Shown: in pieces, positions 49,015 through 59,063 of the stretch
Numbering within the stretch: the stretch's first letter is position 1
How the letters are laid out: each line of letters opens with the position of its first letter
From: an uncultured Bacilli bacterium
Lineage (GTDB): Bacteria > Bacillota_I > Bacilli_A > ML615J-28 > CAG-313
Length of the DNA stretch: 64,000 nt
Reading direction: 5' to 3'
Assembly (NCBI GenBank): GCA_947591495.1
Contig: CANQDG010000006.1
Location: 375-64,374, forward strand
Notes under the pieces: model-generated
Seen by the model: the letters and a program-made list of their open reading frames with translations, nothing else
The model's database searches: none
Told to the model about the DNA's origin: nothing
Position numbers and translations under genes: made by a program

Positions 49015-49678
49015 TTTATTGATTTAAGAAAACTCTATAAATTAATTGGGAGTTTTGATATATATAATCATAACCACTAAAGCATATATAACTTTAGTGG
49101 CTTTTATTTAAAAATTAGATGCCTTGTATCTAAATAAAATTTTTTTTGTAATTAAAAAATTAAAAGGTATTTAATTATCGAAGATATAGTTATTACGTTA
49201 AGCAAAAGCAAAAGAAATAAATTGGATAGATAGTGAAAGATTATTTAATTGTATATGGAGATATTTTATAAAATCAATCGTATGCAATCTATAATGATGT
49301 TTTTTCTTTTTTACAAGGTCTATGTTAAACAATTGAAAAAAACACAAATTTATGATATACTAATTTAGTAGTTAAGAAAATCACTATTTGTTTACTCTTT
49401 AAAATTTAAATAGAAATATTAACTTTATAATTTATATAGTAATATATATAAATTATTTGATAGTATAATGAAATTTTTTAAAAAGTTGTTTATAATAATT
49501 TGAAAATAGAGAATATAGATTAATATGAAATAAGTTATTTTTAAAAATATAAATTTCAGTTTTATTAATTTAAGTTAAACAAAATTAATTAAATTATATT
49601 TTTTTGTTATTATATAAGTGGTTTTAACTGTATAATAATAATGTAATTAATTAAAAAATAGTAAAGGAGAATTCTAAA

Positions 49679-51061
49679 ATGCTACAAAAATTAATTGCTG
49701 AGTGTTCAGATTATGATTTTAAAGAACAATTAGAAATTAGCAAACCAAAAAGTTGGCTTAAATCTGTTTCTGCATTTGCTAATGGAATAGGTGGTTCATT
49801 ATTTTTTGGCGTGGACGATAACAAAAATCTTGTTGGCATAAAAAATCCTAAAAATGTATGCGATAAAATTTCTGAATTAATTAATGCAAGAATATCTCCT
49901 ATACCTACATATATATTAGAACCCTATTCTGAACAATATAATGGAAACGAATTTGTTTATGTTTCTTTAAAGGTTATGCCAGGTCCAGCTACACCATATT
50001 ATTATTCATTTGATGGTGTAAATGAAGCATATATTAGAAGTGGAAATCAAAGTATTAAAGCACCAAGATATATATTAGAAGAACTTATTTTAAAAGGGCA
50101 AAATAAAACATATGATTCTATTATTACAACTTATTTAAAAAATAATTATTCTTTCACTTTCTTTGAAGCAACGTTTCTAGAGAAGACTCTTACTAAATTA
50201 ACTGATTCAGATTATATTTCTTTTTCGCTTATGAATAAAGATGGTTTTTTAACAAATGCAGGAATATTACTTGCTGATCAAGATATATATAGACATAATA
50301 GAATATTTTGTACTAGATGGAATGGTTTAAATAAAACATCATTAGAAGAAGCATCTGATGATGATGAATATTCAGGTGGACTTGTTAAATTATTGGATTC
50401 AGCATTAAACTTTGTGAAAAAAAATACCAAGAAAAAATGGAAAAAAGATGCAAATGGTAGAATCGAAATGCCTGAATATGATGACATAGCCATAAGAGAA
50501 GCAATAGTTAATGCCATTATTCACCGACAATATACTAATGTAGGATCAGAAGTAACTATTGATATTTATGATAATAGAATAGTTATTACTTCTCCTGGGC
50601 CTATGGCTTCTGGTGTTTTAATTAATAAAACATTAAATACTAATAATATTCCTTCAATAAGAAGAAATCCAATTTTAGCTGATATATTTGCTAGAATGAA
50701 ATTTATGGATCGTCGTGGTAGCGGTTTTGATAAAATAGTTAATGGCACAAATAGACTTTTTAATGACAATAAAAATCACGTAGAATTCTATGCTACAGAA
50801 ACTCATTTTAGTGTTGTTATTTATAATGCAAATTATAAAAATGATACCCAAAATGATACCCAAAATGATACTCAAAACGATACCACAAAAGGTATAGAAA
50901 AACTTTTAATTAATTTAATTAAAAATAATCCAAATATAACACGTATGGAAATGGCTGAAAAAATTGGTAAATCTCAACCAACCATTGCTCGAGAAATTAG
51001 AAAATCTAATAAAATTAAATATGTTGGATCAAGTAAAAAAGGTCATTGGGAAATAATATAA
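49679..51061 (+). CDS. Schlafen/AlbA_2 domain + HATPase_c_4 (RecG-C-like) + wHTH protein
   Basis: Motifs YDFKE, KSVSAFANGIGG, REAIVNAIIHRQY, RNPILA, DRRGSG and YVGSSKKGHW. Confidence 0.88.
   Translation: MLQKLIAECSDYDFKEQLEISKPKSWLKSVSAFANGIGGSLFFGVDDNKNLVGIKNPKNVCDKISELINARISPIPTYILEPYSEQYNGNEFVYVSLKVMPGPATPYYYSFDGVNEAYIRSGNQSIKAPRYILEELILKGQNKTYDSIITTYLKNNYSFTFFEATFLEKTLTKLTDSDYISFSLMNKDGFLTNAGILLADQDIYRHNRIFCTRWNGLNKTSLEEASDDDEYSGGLVKLLDSALNFVKKNTKKKWKKDANGRIEMPEYDDIAIREAIVNAIIHRQYTNVGSEVTIDIYDNRIVITSPGPMASGVLINKTLNTNNIPSIRRNPILADIFARMKFMDRRGSGFDKIVNGTNRLFNDNKNHVEFYATETHFSVVIYNANYKNDTQNDTQNDTQNDTTKGIEKLLINLIKNNPNITRMEMAEKIGKSQPTIAREIRKSNKIKYVGSSKKGHWEII
50840..50887 (+). repeat. In-frame 12-bp tandem repeat (NDTQ)x3 + NDTT
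   Basis: AATGATACCCAA x2, AATGATACTCAA, AACGATACCACA. Confidence 0.9.
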
Positions 51062-51122
51062 TAGCGACTAGTATCGAAAATTTATAAAAAGTTTTGACTT
51101 ATAAATTATTTAAACATCTAAA

Positions 51123-51152
51123 TAAGAGGCTGTTTTAAAAAATGGCCTCTTA
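51123..51152 (+). terminator. Terminator-like stem-loop after the Schlafen gene
   Basis: TAAGAGGCTGTTTT/AAAATGGCCTCTTA. Confidence 0.65.
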
Positions 51153-51153
51153 C

Positions 51154-51420
51154 TTACGTAACGGGCATAGAAATAATTCAGTTGGTAAAAGTCCAACCAT
51201 TGGTATTTACTTCCAAGTTTAGTATCACAAACCGAAAATAGTAATATTGAAGTAGATAATGGTTAATAAATTTTAAAATCTAATGCTTGTTATTTGATAT
51301 AGGGCTAAATGATAGATAAAAACGCAAAACAATTTGAAAACTAATGGTAAGCAAAACAAAGAGTGTAAATAAATTTTGCAAACAAAATTAATAATTTGAA
51401 AAAAATTAAAAGAATCGCAT
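51154..51420 (+). mobile_element. Probable decayed 5' fragment (domain I) of a group IIC intron
   Basis: Begins right after a terminator stem. Contains a GTTGG-TAAAAGT-CCAAC hairpin, a GTAA tetraloop followed by GAAG, and ATATAGGGCTA. No RT ORF or domain V seen. Confidence 0.4.
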
Positions 51421-51483
51421 AACTAAAGAATTTAATTCTTATCAATATTATTGCGCTAGTAAAGTTTGTCATGAAATAAATCA

Positions 51484-51518
51484 TTGACAAATCTATTTAA
51501 ATAATGTATAATAGATTT
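51484..51518 (+). promoter_or_regulatory. abiE promoter with an overlapping inverted-repeat operator
   Basis: TTGACA-N17-TATAAT, overlapped by AAATCTATT-N12-AATAGATTT. Confidence 0.65.
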
Positions 51519-51587
51519 AAATAAAGAAAAAATATTGAAATTAGTATAATTTTATTAAACTTTAATATTTTATAAGAGGTGATAATA

Positions 51588-52211
51588 GTGATAGAAAGAC
51601 TAAAAAATAAATTTGGTGTTAATGAACCAATTTTTACAAGTGAAATTTTAGAAGAAATGAAAGAGTATTCTAGAGCTAGAGTATTTCAACTTTTAAAAAA
51701 AGCTGAAGAAGAAGAAAAGATCATTAAGTTTGATAATGGCATTTATTATATTCCAACACAAACTCGTTATGGATTATCACTTATATCAGTTGAGCAAGTA
51801 GTACAAAAAAAATTTATCGCTAATAATGATTTGGTTTATGGTATTTATGGTGGATTACAATTAAAACAAAATTTTATGCTTACTATGCAAGTAGCATCTA
51901 CTATTGAAGTTATAACAAACAATGAAACGATGTTTGTGAGAGAAATAGAACTTAAAAATCGTAAAATTATTCTTCGTAAATCACGTTTACCGATAACAAA
52001 AGAAAATGTTAATGCTTATACCATTCTTGAATTATTTAGTAATATTGATATTAAAGAATATTTAAATAATTCTATGGTTCAAAACGAAGTATTTAAGTTT
52101 ATCAAAGAAAATGAAATTAAAAGTAAAGATGTATATAAATTAGTAGGTTTTTTCCCTGCTAAAACAACTAGAAATATAATGGAGAGTGGAATTATAAATG
52201 AATTTGCATAA
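51588..52211 (+). CDS. AbiEi-like antitoxin (type IV TA), N-terminal wHTH
   Basis: Motifs EPIFTSEI, GIYYIP and LTMQV..IEVITN. Overlaps the abiEii start. Confidence 0.75.
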   Translation: MIERLKNKFGVNEPIFTSEILEEMKEYSRARVFQLLKKAEEEEKIIKFDNGIYYIPTQTRYGLSLISVEQVVQKKFIANNDLVYGIYGGLQLKQNFMLTMQVASTIEVITNNETMFVREIELKNRKIILRKSRLPITKENVNAYTILELFSNIDIKEYLNNSMVQNEVFKFIKENEIKSKDVYKLVGFFPAKTTRNIMESGIINEFA

Positions 52212-53106
52212 GAATCCTAAATTATTTTATGACACTTTGTTAATAGTTGCTGATAGGTTACATACATCAGTTGCTATTATTGAAAAAGACTACTATGTAA
52301 CACTTTTTTTAGAATCGCTTGTTAAAAAAGTACCTAACTTAATTTTTAAAGGTGGAACTTCACTTTCAAAGTGCTATAAAATCATTAATCGTTTTTCTGA
52401 AGATATTGATTTAAGTCTTGATATCAAAAACTTAACTTCAACAAACAAACGAAATCTTAAAAAAGCAATCATTGAGGTTTGCAATGAACTTGAATTTGAA
52501 TTAATAAATTTAGAAAATATTTATAGTCGTAGAGATTATAATCGTTATGAAATTAAGTATCCCATTCTTTTTAATGATGATGGAATAAAACCTTATCTAT
52601 TTATTGAAACAGCATTTATGGTAAAGGTTTTTCCTTATGAAATTAAAAATGTCACATCAATGATTTATGATTTTTTTAAAGAAATTGGTGATTTAAAGGC
52701 CATTGAAGAATTTGAAATGAAACCATTTGAAATTCGTGTGCAGTCAGCAAATAGAACATTAGTTGACAAAGTATTTGCTCTTTGTGATTATAAAATATCG
52801 AACAATATTAAAGATCATTCAAGACATATTTACGATATTTATCAACTTTTGAAAATAACTTTTCTTGATGATACTTTCAAAGTTTTAGTAAACGAAGTTA
52901 GAGAAGAACGTAAGTTACATAAAAATTGTTATTCTGCTCAAGATCAATATGATATTCCAACAATTTTAAGACAAATTATTGATGAAAAAATTTTCTATAA
53001 TGATTATATTACTGTAACACAAAGAGTTTTATTTGATGATGTAACTTATGAAACTTCAATAAAAGCTTTGGAACAAATTATTGTAAGTGGCGCATTTAAA
53101 AAATAG
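52198..53106 (+). CDS. AbiEii/AbiGii nucleotidyltransferase toxin
   Basis: Motifs IEKDYYVT, FKGGTSLSK, RFSEDIDL, RTLVDK and SRHIYDI. Confidence 0.92.
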   Translation: MNLHKNPKLFYDTLLIVADRLHTSVAIIEKDYYVTLFLESLVKKVPNLIFKGGTSLSKCYKIINRFSEDIDLSLDIKNLTSTNKRNLKKAIIEVCNELEFELINLENIYSRRDYNRYEIKYPILFNDDGIKPYLFIETAFMVKVFPYEIKNVTSMIYDFFKEIGDLKAIEEFEMKPFEIRVQSANRTLVDKVFALCDYKISNNIKDHSRHIYDIYQLLKITFLDDTFKVLVNEVREERKLHKNCYSAQDQYDIPTILRQIIDEKIFYNDYITVTQRVLFDDVTYETSIKALEQIIVSGAFKK

Positions 53107-53132
53107 ATATAATATTATTTTTAGACGAATCG

Positions 53133-53164
53133 AATGCACTTAAAATTTTTAGGTGCATTTTTTT
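53133..53164 (+). terminator. Terminator after abiEii
   Basis: AATGCACTTAAA/TTTAGGTGCATTTTTT. Confidence 0.65.
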
Positions 53165-53482
53165 ATTTGATATAGCAAAAGCAAAATAGTGATTGTAAAA
53201 TTATAAACTATCATATGTATGATGCATAAAATTAAGCTAAATTATTTATTAAATTATTATATTTAGTTGTTAATAAAAGCTATGATATTTTTTCTTAAAA
53301 TAGTTTATATATCCTTTGAAAGAGGGCTTTTTTGTAACTTTTAGCAACATTTCCATAATCTTTCAGATTAAGAATGTCGTAAAAAGCACTTTTTTATTGA
53401 AAAATATCGATTTATATAGTATAATTAATCAAAAAGCACATAAAAAATAATGATTGTTTGAAAAAAACAAATTGGAGGAATT

Positions 53483-54271
53483 ATGAGCGACAAGAAAATC
53501 GTGTTGAGTGTAGAAAATTTATTTAAAAAATATCATGAAAAAGATGATTATGCTGTGGAAGATATTAATTTTTCTTGCTACTCGGAAGAAATTGTTGGTA
53601 TTATTGGCCAAAATGGTGCGGGTAAATCAACCATTATTAAATGTATAACCGGTATTCATCCAATCACAGAAGGAACGGTAAAAATATGTGATTATGATAT
53701 TAAAGATGATATGTTAAAAGCTAAACAAAATATAGGTTATGCATCAGATGATCATGCCGTGTTTGAAAAAATGACGGGTTTAGAATATTTGAACTTTTTA
53801 GCTGATGTATATGGCGTAGATACTGATACTAGAAAAGCAAGAATGGACCAATTTCAAACATACTTAAATTTAGGATTAGCTATTGAAAGGCAAATTAGTT
53901 CATATTCTCATGGAATGCATCAAAAAATTTCGATTATGGGAGCATTGATTCATCAACCTGAATTATTGGTTTTAGATGAACCATTAACTGGACTTGATCC
54001 ACAAACGGTTTTTGCCGTAAAAGAATTTCTTTTATTACATAAAAAAAATGGCAAAACCGTTTTATTTTCATCGCATAACTTAAATATTGTTGAACAAATT
54101 TGTGATCGTTATATTGTTATTAATCATGGCAAGTTAATTGAAGAAAAAACGCTTGTTCAGTTTAAAAAAGAAAATCCTAACCAAACCTTAGAAGAATACT
54201 TCCTTAATCTGGTTATTGAAGATAACAAAAAACGTATGATTGATTCTAAGCAAGATGGTGAAACAAAATGA
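53483..54271 (+). CDS. ABC transporter ATP-binding protein
   Basis: Motifs GQNGAGKS, YSHGMHQK, LDEPLTGLDP and SSH. Promoter TTGAAA-N17-TATAAT at 53397-53425. Confidence 0.93.
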   Translation: MSDKKIVLSVENLFKKYHEKDDYAVEDINFSCYSEEIVGIIGQNGAGKSTIIKCITGIHPITEGTVKICDYDIKDDMLKAKQNIGYASDDHAVFEKMTGLEYLNFLADVYGVDTDTRKARMDQFQTYLNLGLAIERQISSYSHGMHQKISIMGALIHQPELLVLDEPLTGLDPQTVFAVKEFLLLHKKNGKTVLFSSHNLNIVEQICDRYIVINHGKLIEEKTLVQFKKENPNQTLEEYFLNLVIEDNKKRMIDSKQDGETK

Positions 54272-55932
54272 ATCAATTAGCTATTTTAACCAAAAGAGAA
54301 TTCAAGCAACAATTTGAATTGTATCAAATTAAAAACAAAAAATATCATAATTTTTTGGGTAATATCTTATCAATTATTATTGTTCTTTGTTTGCTTGCGG
54401 CCTTCACTTTAACTTTTTATGCTTTTGTTAAAGGTTATCAAGATATCAAAATGAATGGCGTGTCAACCTTAAAAGAAAGACAACATGAAGTTTTAACGAT
54501 TGCCTATCTTATTGTAATTGTTATAGGAGTAGTCAATGGAATGACTAAAATTACCAAATCTTTTATGCTTGATGAAAGTATGAAAATCTTAGTTAAACTT
54601 CCTGTTTCTGCTCAAACAATTTTCTGGTCTAAATTTATTGTTTTATATATTCATGAAATTCTTTTTTCCCTTTTAACTATTTTACCGATTAATATAACTT
54701 TTGCTATAGTTGTTCATCCAAATTTTTGGTTTTGGATTATGACAATTCTTGTTTGTTTATTATTACCTTTAGTTGAATTAATTTTTGCGTCAATCCTTGC
54801 GATGCCATTTGCTCGAATTGTTAATTTCTTAAAATCAAGATATTTATTAACAGCTATTTTATTTATTTTAGGCATTTCTTTGTTTTTTGTTGTATATATT
54901 AAATTTGTTTCTGTTTTTAAATTATGGTTTGAAACAGGTAGTATTGAATCAATTTTTAATCAAAAAACCATTGATCTAATTAGCAATATTGCTAAATATG
55001 CATATCCAGCTAATTTATTTGCCCATACTGCTTTAATGGATAATGGGATTATGCCACTATTTTTAATTATCCTTCTTTCAGCAGTTTTCTTTGGGATTAC
55101 TTATTTAATTATTAAGTTTTTATTTACTAACGTTTTAAAATATGGAACAAAACCTCTAAGAGGGATTAAGAAAAAAACTAAAATAAAACAAAGTTCGCCT
55201 TTTTTTGCTTTATTAAAAAAAGAATTTGTTACGATTTGGCGTTCACCCAATTACTTATTTCAATATTTTGTAATGGCCTTTATTATGCCAATTATGACAT
55301 TTAGTTGTTTACTTATTTTCACCGAATTTATTGAAAGATTAATTGGTGATAATTGGAATGTTGAATTATGCGTCTTTGTTATTTCAATGTTTAGTGTTTT
55401 AACGAATGTTTTTTGTGCAACAAATATATCAAGAGAAGGTAAAATGTTTAATTTAAGTAAAAGATTACCTTATTCATATCAAAAACAATTATTTATTAAA
55501 GTATGTTTTTGTTGCATAATTTCTTATATATCAGTTTTTATTAGTCTTTTAGTTATTAGTATTAGCGGTTATATCAATCTTTTAGAATTCTTTTTAATTT
55601 TAATAGCAATGTTCCTACTTGTAACAGGAGAAGTTTTAATTGCAACAAGAAAAGATTTAAACCATCCATCATTTGATCAATTAGAAAATGGCGAGGTTAA
55701 TAAAGAAAATACAACTGTTTCATTTATTATTGGAACCGGTTTATTATTTAGTTTATTAATTGGCGCAAGTAGTTTTATAATTTCTTTTCTTGTTAATGGC
55801 AAAAAGATGCAAAGTCATTCACCCCTTGTTGCCCTTTTATGTGTCCTTGCTATTTGTCTTGTTTATTTTGGTATAGCTTGTTTTTATTTCTTTAAAGGAT
55901 TAATAAAAAAATATCAAGAAACTGTTTATTAA
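54268..55932 (+). CDS. Large ABC-2-like exporter permease
   Basis: More than 10 TM helices, with LVKLPV, KKEF, SREG and DLNHP. ATGA overlap with the ATPase. Confidence 0.8.
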   Translation: MNQLAILTKREFKQQFELYQIKNKKYHNFLGNILSIIIVLCLLAAFTLTFYAFVKGYQDIKMNGVSTLKERQHEVLTIAYLIVIVIGVVNGMTKITKSFMLDESMKILVKLPVSAQTIFWSKFIVLYIHEILFSLLTILPINITFAIVVHPNFWFWIMTILVCLLLPLVELIFASILAMPFARIVNFLKSRYLLTAILFILGISLFFVVYIKFVSVFKLWFETGSIESIFNQKTIDLISNIAKYAYPANLFAHTALMDNGIMPLFLIILLSAVFFGITYLIIKFLFTNVLKYGTKPLRGIKKKTKIKQSSPFFALLKKEFVTIWRSPNYLFQYFVMAFIMPIMTFSCLLIFTEFIERLIGDNWNVELCVFVISMFSVLTNVFCATNISREGKMFNLSKRLPYSYQKQLFIKVCFCCIISYISVFISLLVISISGYINLLEFFLILIAMFLLVTGEVLIATRKDLNHPSFDQLENGEVNKENTTVSFIIGTGLLFSLLIGASSFIISFLVNGKKMQSHSPLVALLCVLAICLVYFGIACFYFFKGLIKKYQETVY

Positions 55933-55944
55933 GGAGGAAAACCA

Positions 55945-58900
55945 ATGAAAAAGAAAATTATGGCCTTAATGCTTGTTATTCCAATTATTTTAACTTTTGC
56001 AATTTTCTCTTTTTCTAAAACAGCTGCCGTATTGGCCGATATTCCTGTTCACGATATTGCGATTGAAAAAGGGGAAAATGGTTTTTTAGATATCGAATTA
56101 ACTAGTAATGAAAGCCATTATTTAAAATATGAAGTGACTCCATTAGAAGCCAAAAATCGCGATGTTAAAATTACATGCACACCAAAAGGTCTTGTAATTG
56201 ATGAAAAAACAGGCCTAATTAGCGCAAGTGATGTTGGTAAATATGTAATAACAGTAGAAACGATTGATGGAGGATTTCGTGATAGTTTGACTGTTAATGT
56301 TACAAGTAAAAAAGTTATTGATTTTGAGTTAGGTAATTTTCTTGATAAAAATAAAACACCCCTAAATAAAAATAAAATTGAAATGGGTGATCAGTTTTAT
56401 ATCTCAACCACAACAAGACCTGATTTACCTTCAATCATTAATTGGGAATCAAGTGATTCATCAATTATTCGAGTAGATCCATATACAGGATTGTGTACGG
56501 CTAGAAAAAACGGAACAGCTACAATTACAGCAACTTTAGAAGATGGTATTCATGGACCAATTAAGAAAAGTAAAACGATTGATGTCTTTTTACATGAAAC
56601 AGATGCTCATTTTAACTTAGAACAATCAGTTATTTGGACTATCAATAATACGATTACTATGAATATCGTTTTAGATAAAAAGAAAATAGTTGAAACTGGT
56701 CATGCGGATATTTTAACACTTGATCCAAATGAAATATTAAAAATCGAAGAAACATCAGCGTTACCATATAAAGCCGAAATTAAACTAATAAGTGATAATG
56801 AAGAAACTGTTGATTTAGCATTGCAATTATCTTTCGAACAAGCAACAATTTATAACTTTAATATTCAACTTAATCATAGTGATTATAATCAATATCAAAA
56901 TACTTTAGAAGTTCATAAATTAACCGAAGAAGAAGTTCAATTTACTATTCAAGGAAATCCCTATATTATGTTAGGAGCAACCGGTCGTTTTTATTTAGAT
57001 TCGGATGTCTTAGAAGATTTTGATGGTGAAATAACTTGGGAAGCTAATTCTGATAGTGTTGAGTTAACAACTTTTGGTAAAGCAGTTGATGTTGAAGGAA
57101 AAAAAGCTGATAATAGTGTTGATCTTACATGTAATGTAGAGTTTTTTGGTAAAAATATTACGAAGACAATCACAATTGAAGTTTTAGAAGTGCCTACTGC
57201 GATCACAATTAAAGAAGGAACTTTTGAATATGGCACCTTAAAAGAAAAAACTTATAAATTTGGTGAATTTAAAGTACAAGGTAATGAATATGTTGCGGAT
57301 AGTTTTGTGCCAACCATTATGTTTAGTGGTATTAGCACTGATACATCTGATTATGAATTAACGTGTGATCGGGAAGATTTAGTTAAAATTGAAGACAATA
57401 AAATTTATGTTCTTAATAGTGGCATAGTTACGATTACTGCGACTTCGATTAGTGCTAAAAAATTAGGTGTTACCCGCAGTGATAGCTTTACTTTTGAAGT
57501 AGTCAAAGATAGTGTTAATATTTATTCTTATCAAGACTTGATGAAAGCTACTACAGATGGTCGTTATGATCTTATTTTACAAGTAACAATTGGTAGCAGT
57601 ATTGATGAAGAAAGATTAAATGCTAAAGGTCGCACCAATCAATTTGATGAATTTGGTGACGAAGTTGAGGAAATGCCAACCACGTGGGATTGGACATATT
57701 ATAATAATAAAACCGGTAACCAACCAAATATTAAATATGCAGTTAAATTTTCGAAAAACCTTTATGGCAATGGCTTTACTCTTAATGCTCATAACCTTAC
57801 ATATCGTGATGATGCAACCGGTAAAATAACTTCTGAGTCTATTTTTAGAGGTCCACTTAATTTTGCTAGTTTTAATGGAGCAGCATCCGTTAAAGGTCAA
57901 GATAATATTGTTTTCTTAGTTGATCAAGATGTAACAATTAATAATGTTATTTTAACAGCTTGTAATGAATTAAGCGATATTATTAGTTCCCAAACTCAAA
58001 AGGCAAGTCCCAAAACAGTCGATTTGAATATGTTAAATCATGTAGGAACAACCGTTGAAGTAATGGGTGATAATGTTAATATCATTAATTCACGGCTAAT
58101 GAATGGTCGTACTGTTTTAAGAATTTTTGGTACTAGTAATCCTGATGATGTCATTCATGTAAATGTAGCAAGTAGTGTTATTTCTTTTGGTAGAGAATTC
58201 TTATTAAAGATGGGATCGAACAAATATGTTGTCGGTGATGTCTTAGTTGAAGGATCAGTTGAAAACGATAATTTAGCATTTGAACAAGCTAGTCCAAATC
58301 TTAAAATAAAAAATCAAGATTTTATTTATAATGTTGAAGATAAATTTAATGGTAATTATGAAAATAATCAAGATTATTTAGATTTAGTTAAAACTTTTGT
58401 AACGTTGAAAAATTGTGTATTTGCAACCTCAGGTATTTTTAGTATTGGTATTGAATCACATTTTAGTGGCCCTGCCTTAGATGGTTATGGCCTATCAGGT
58501 GGAAATTATAAAGATCAATTTGTATCATCTGGTTGGGAAAATATGGCAGCTACAAGTTATCCTGCTCAACTTATTTTAGAAGATGAAGTTAAAATTTACG
58601 ATTGGAAAAACTTGAATAATGTTGATAGTTCTACCCTTGTTGAAGGAGCAGGTGGCATCACAATTATTGATTTTAATATAGCTGATTTAGTAAAGGCCGT
58701 CGCAAAAAATGATCCAACATTGCAATCAATTATCACCAAAATTGGAAATGATGAATATGTTCATGGTGGTATTGCTTTCTATGGTGGTGGAAAAAATTAT
58801 AGTTCAATTATTCGAAAAGATTTCAAAACGGAAGATTTTAAAGAATATTTCATTGGTTTTAACGATATAAAATATGAAGCTGAAGATTCAAAATTACTTA

Positions 58901-59046
58901 CCTTTGTTGGTAAAAATTTACCATATGCATCAGGTAGAGAAAAATTTGCCTTCTTAATGTATTCTTCTGAAAGTAGTTTTAATTATGAAAAGCAAGTCCA
59001 AGATTTACAATCAGCTGATGCTTATAGTTGGATTCCTAAAGCTTAA
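55945..59046 (+). CDS. Membrane-anchored surface protein with Big_2 Ig-like domains and a large beta-rich C-terminal domain
   Basis: N-terminal TM helix, WESSDSSIIRVD..G..TARKNGTATITAT, and LYGNGFTL. Confidence 0.78.
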   Translation: MKKKIMALMLVIPIILTFAIFSFSKTAAVLADIPVHDIAIEKGENGFLDIELTSNESHYLKYEVTPLEAKNRDVKITCTPKGLVIDEKTGLISASDVGKYVITVETIDGGFRDSLTVNVTSKKVIDFELGNFLDKNKTPLNKNKIEMGDQFYISTTTRPDLPSIINWESSDSSIIRVDPYTGLCTARKNGTATITATLEDGIHGPIKKSKTIDVFLHETDAHFNLEQSVIWTINNTITMNIVLDKKKIVETGHADILTLDPNEILKIEETSALPYKAEIKLISDNEETVDLALQLSFEQATIYNFNIQLNHSDYNQYQNTLEVHKLTEEEVQFTIQGNPYIMLGATGRFYLDSDVLEDFDGEITWEANSDSVELTTFGKAVDVEGKKADNSVDLTCNVEFFGKNITKTITIEVLEVPTAITIKEGTFEYGTLKEKTYKFGEFKVQGNEYVADSFVPTIMFSGISTDTSDYELTCDREDLVKIEDNKIYVLNSGIVTITATSISAKKLGVTRSDSFTFEVVKDSVNIYSYQDLMKATTDGRYDLILQVTIGSSIDEERLNAKGRTNQFDEFGDEVEEMPTTWDWTYYNNKTGNQPNIKYAVKFSKNLYGNGFTLNAHNLTYRDDATGKITSESIFRGPLNFASFNGAASVKGQDNIVFLVDQDVTINNVILTACNELSDIISSQTQKASPKTVDLNMLNHVGTTVEVMGDNVNIINSRLMNGRTVLRIFGTSNPDDVIHVNVASSVISFGREFLLKMGSNKYVVGDVLVEGSVENDNLAFEQASPNLKIKNQDFIYNVEDKFNGNYENNQDYLDLVKTFVTLKNCVFATSGIFSIGIESHFSGPALDGYGLSGGNYKDQFVSSGWENMAATSYPAQLILEDEVKIYDWKNLNNVDSSTLVEGAGGITIIDFNIADLVKAVAKNDPTLQSIITKIGNDEYVHGGIAFYGGGKNYSSIIRKDFKTEDFKEYFIGFNDIKYEAEDSKLLTFVGKNLPYASGREKFAFLMYSSESSFNYEKQVQDLQSADAYSWIPKA

Positions 59047-59063
59047 GAAAGGAGAAGAATAAA

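Noticed and set aside
49015-49678. Hidden gene or RNA in the 660-bp AT-rich gap
   Set aside because: Only two terminator-like hairpins near 49030-49105 and low-complexity AT sequence. No credible ORF or structure.
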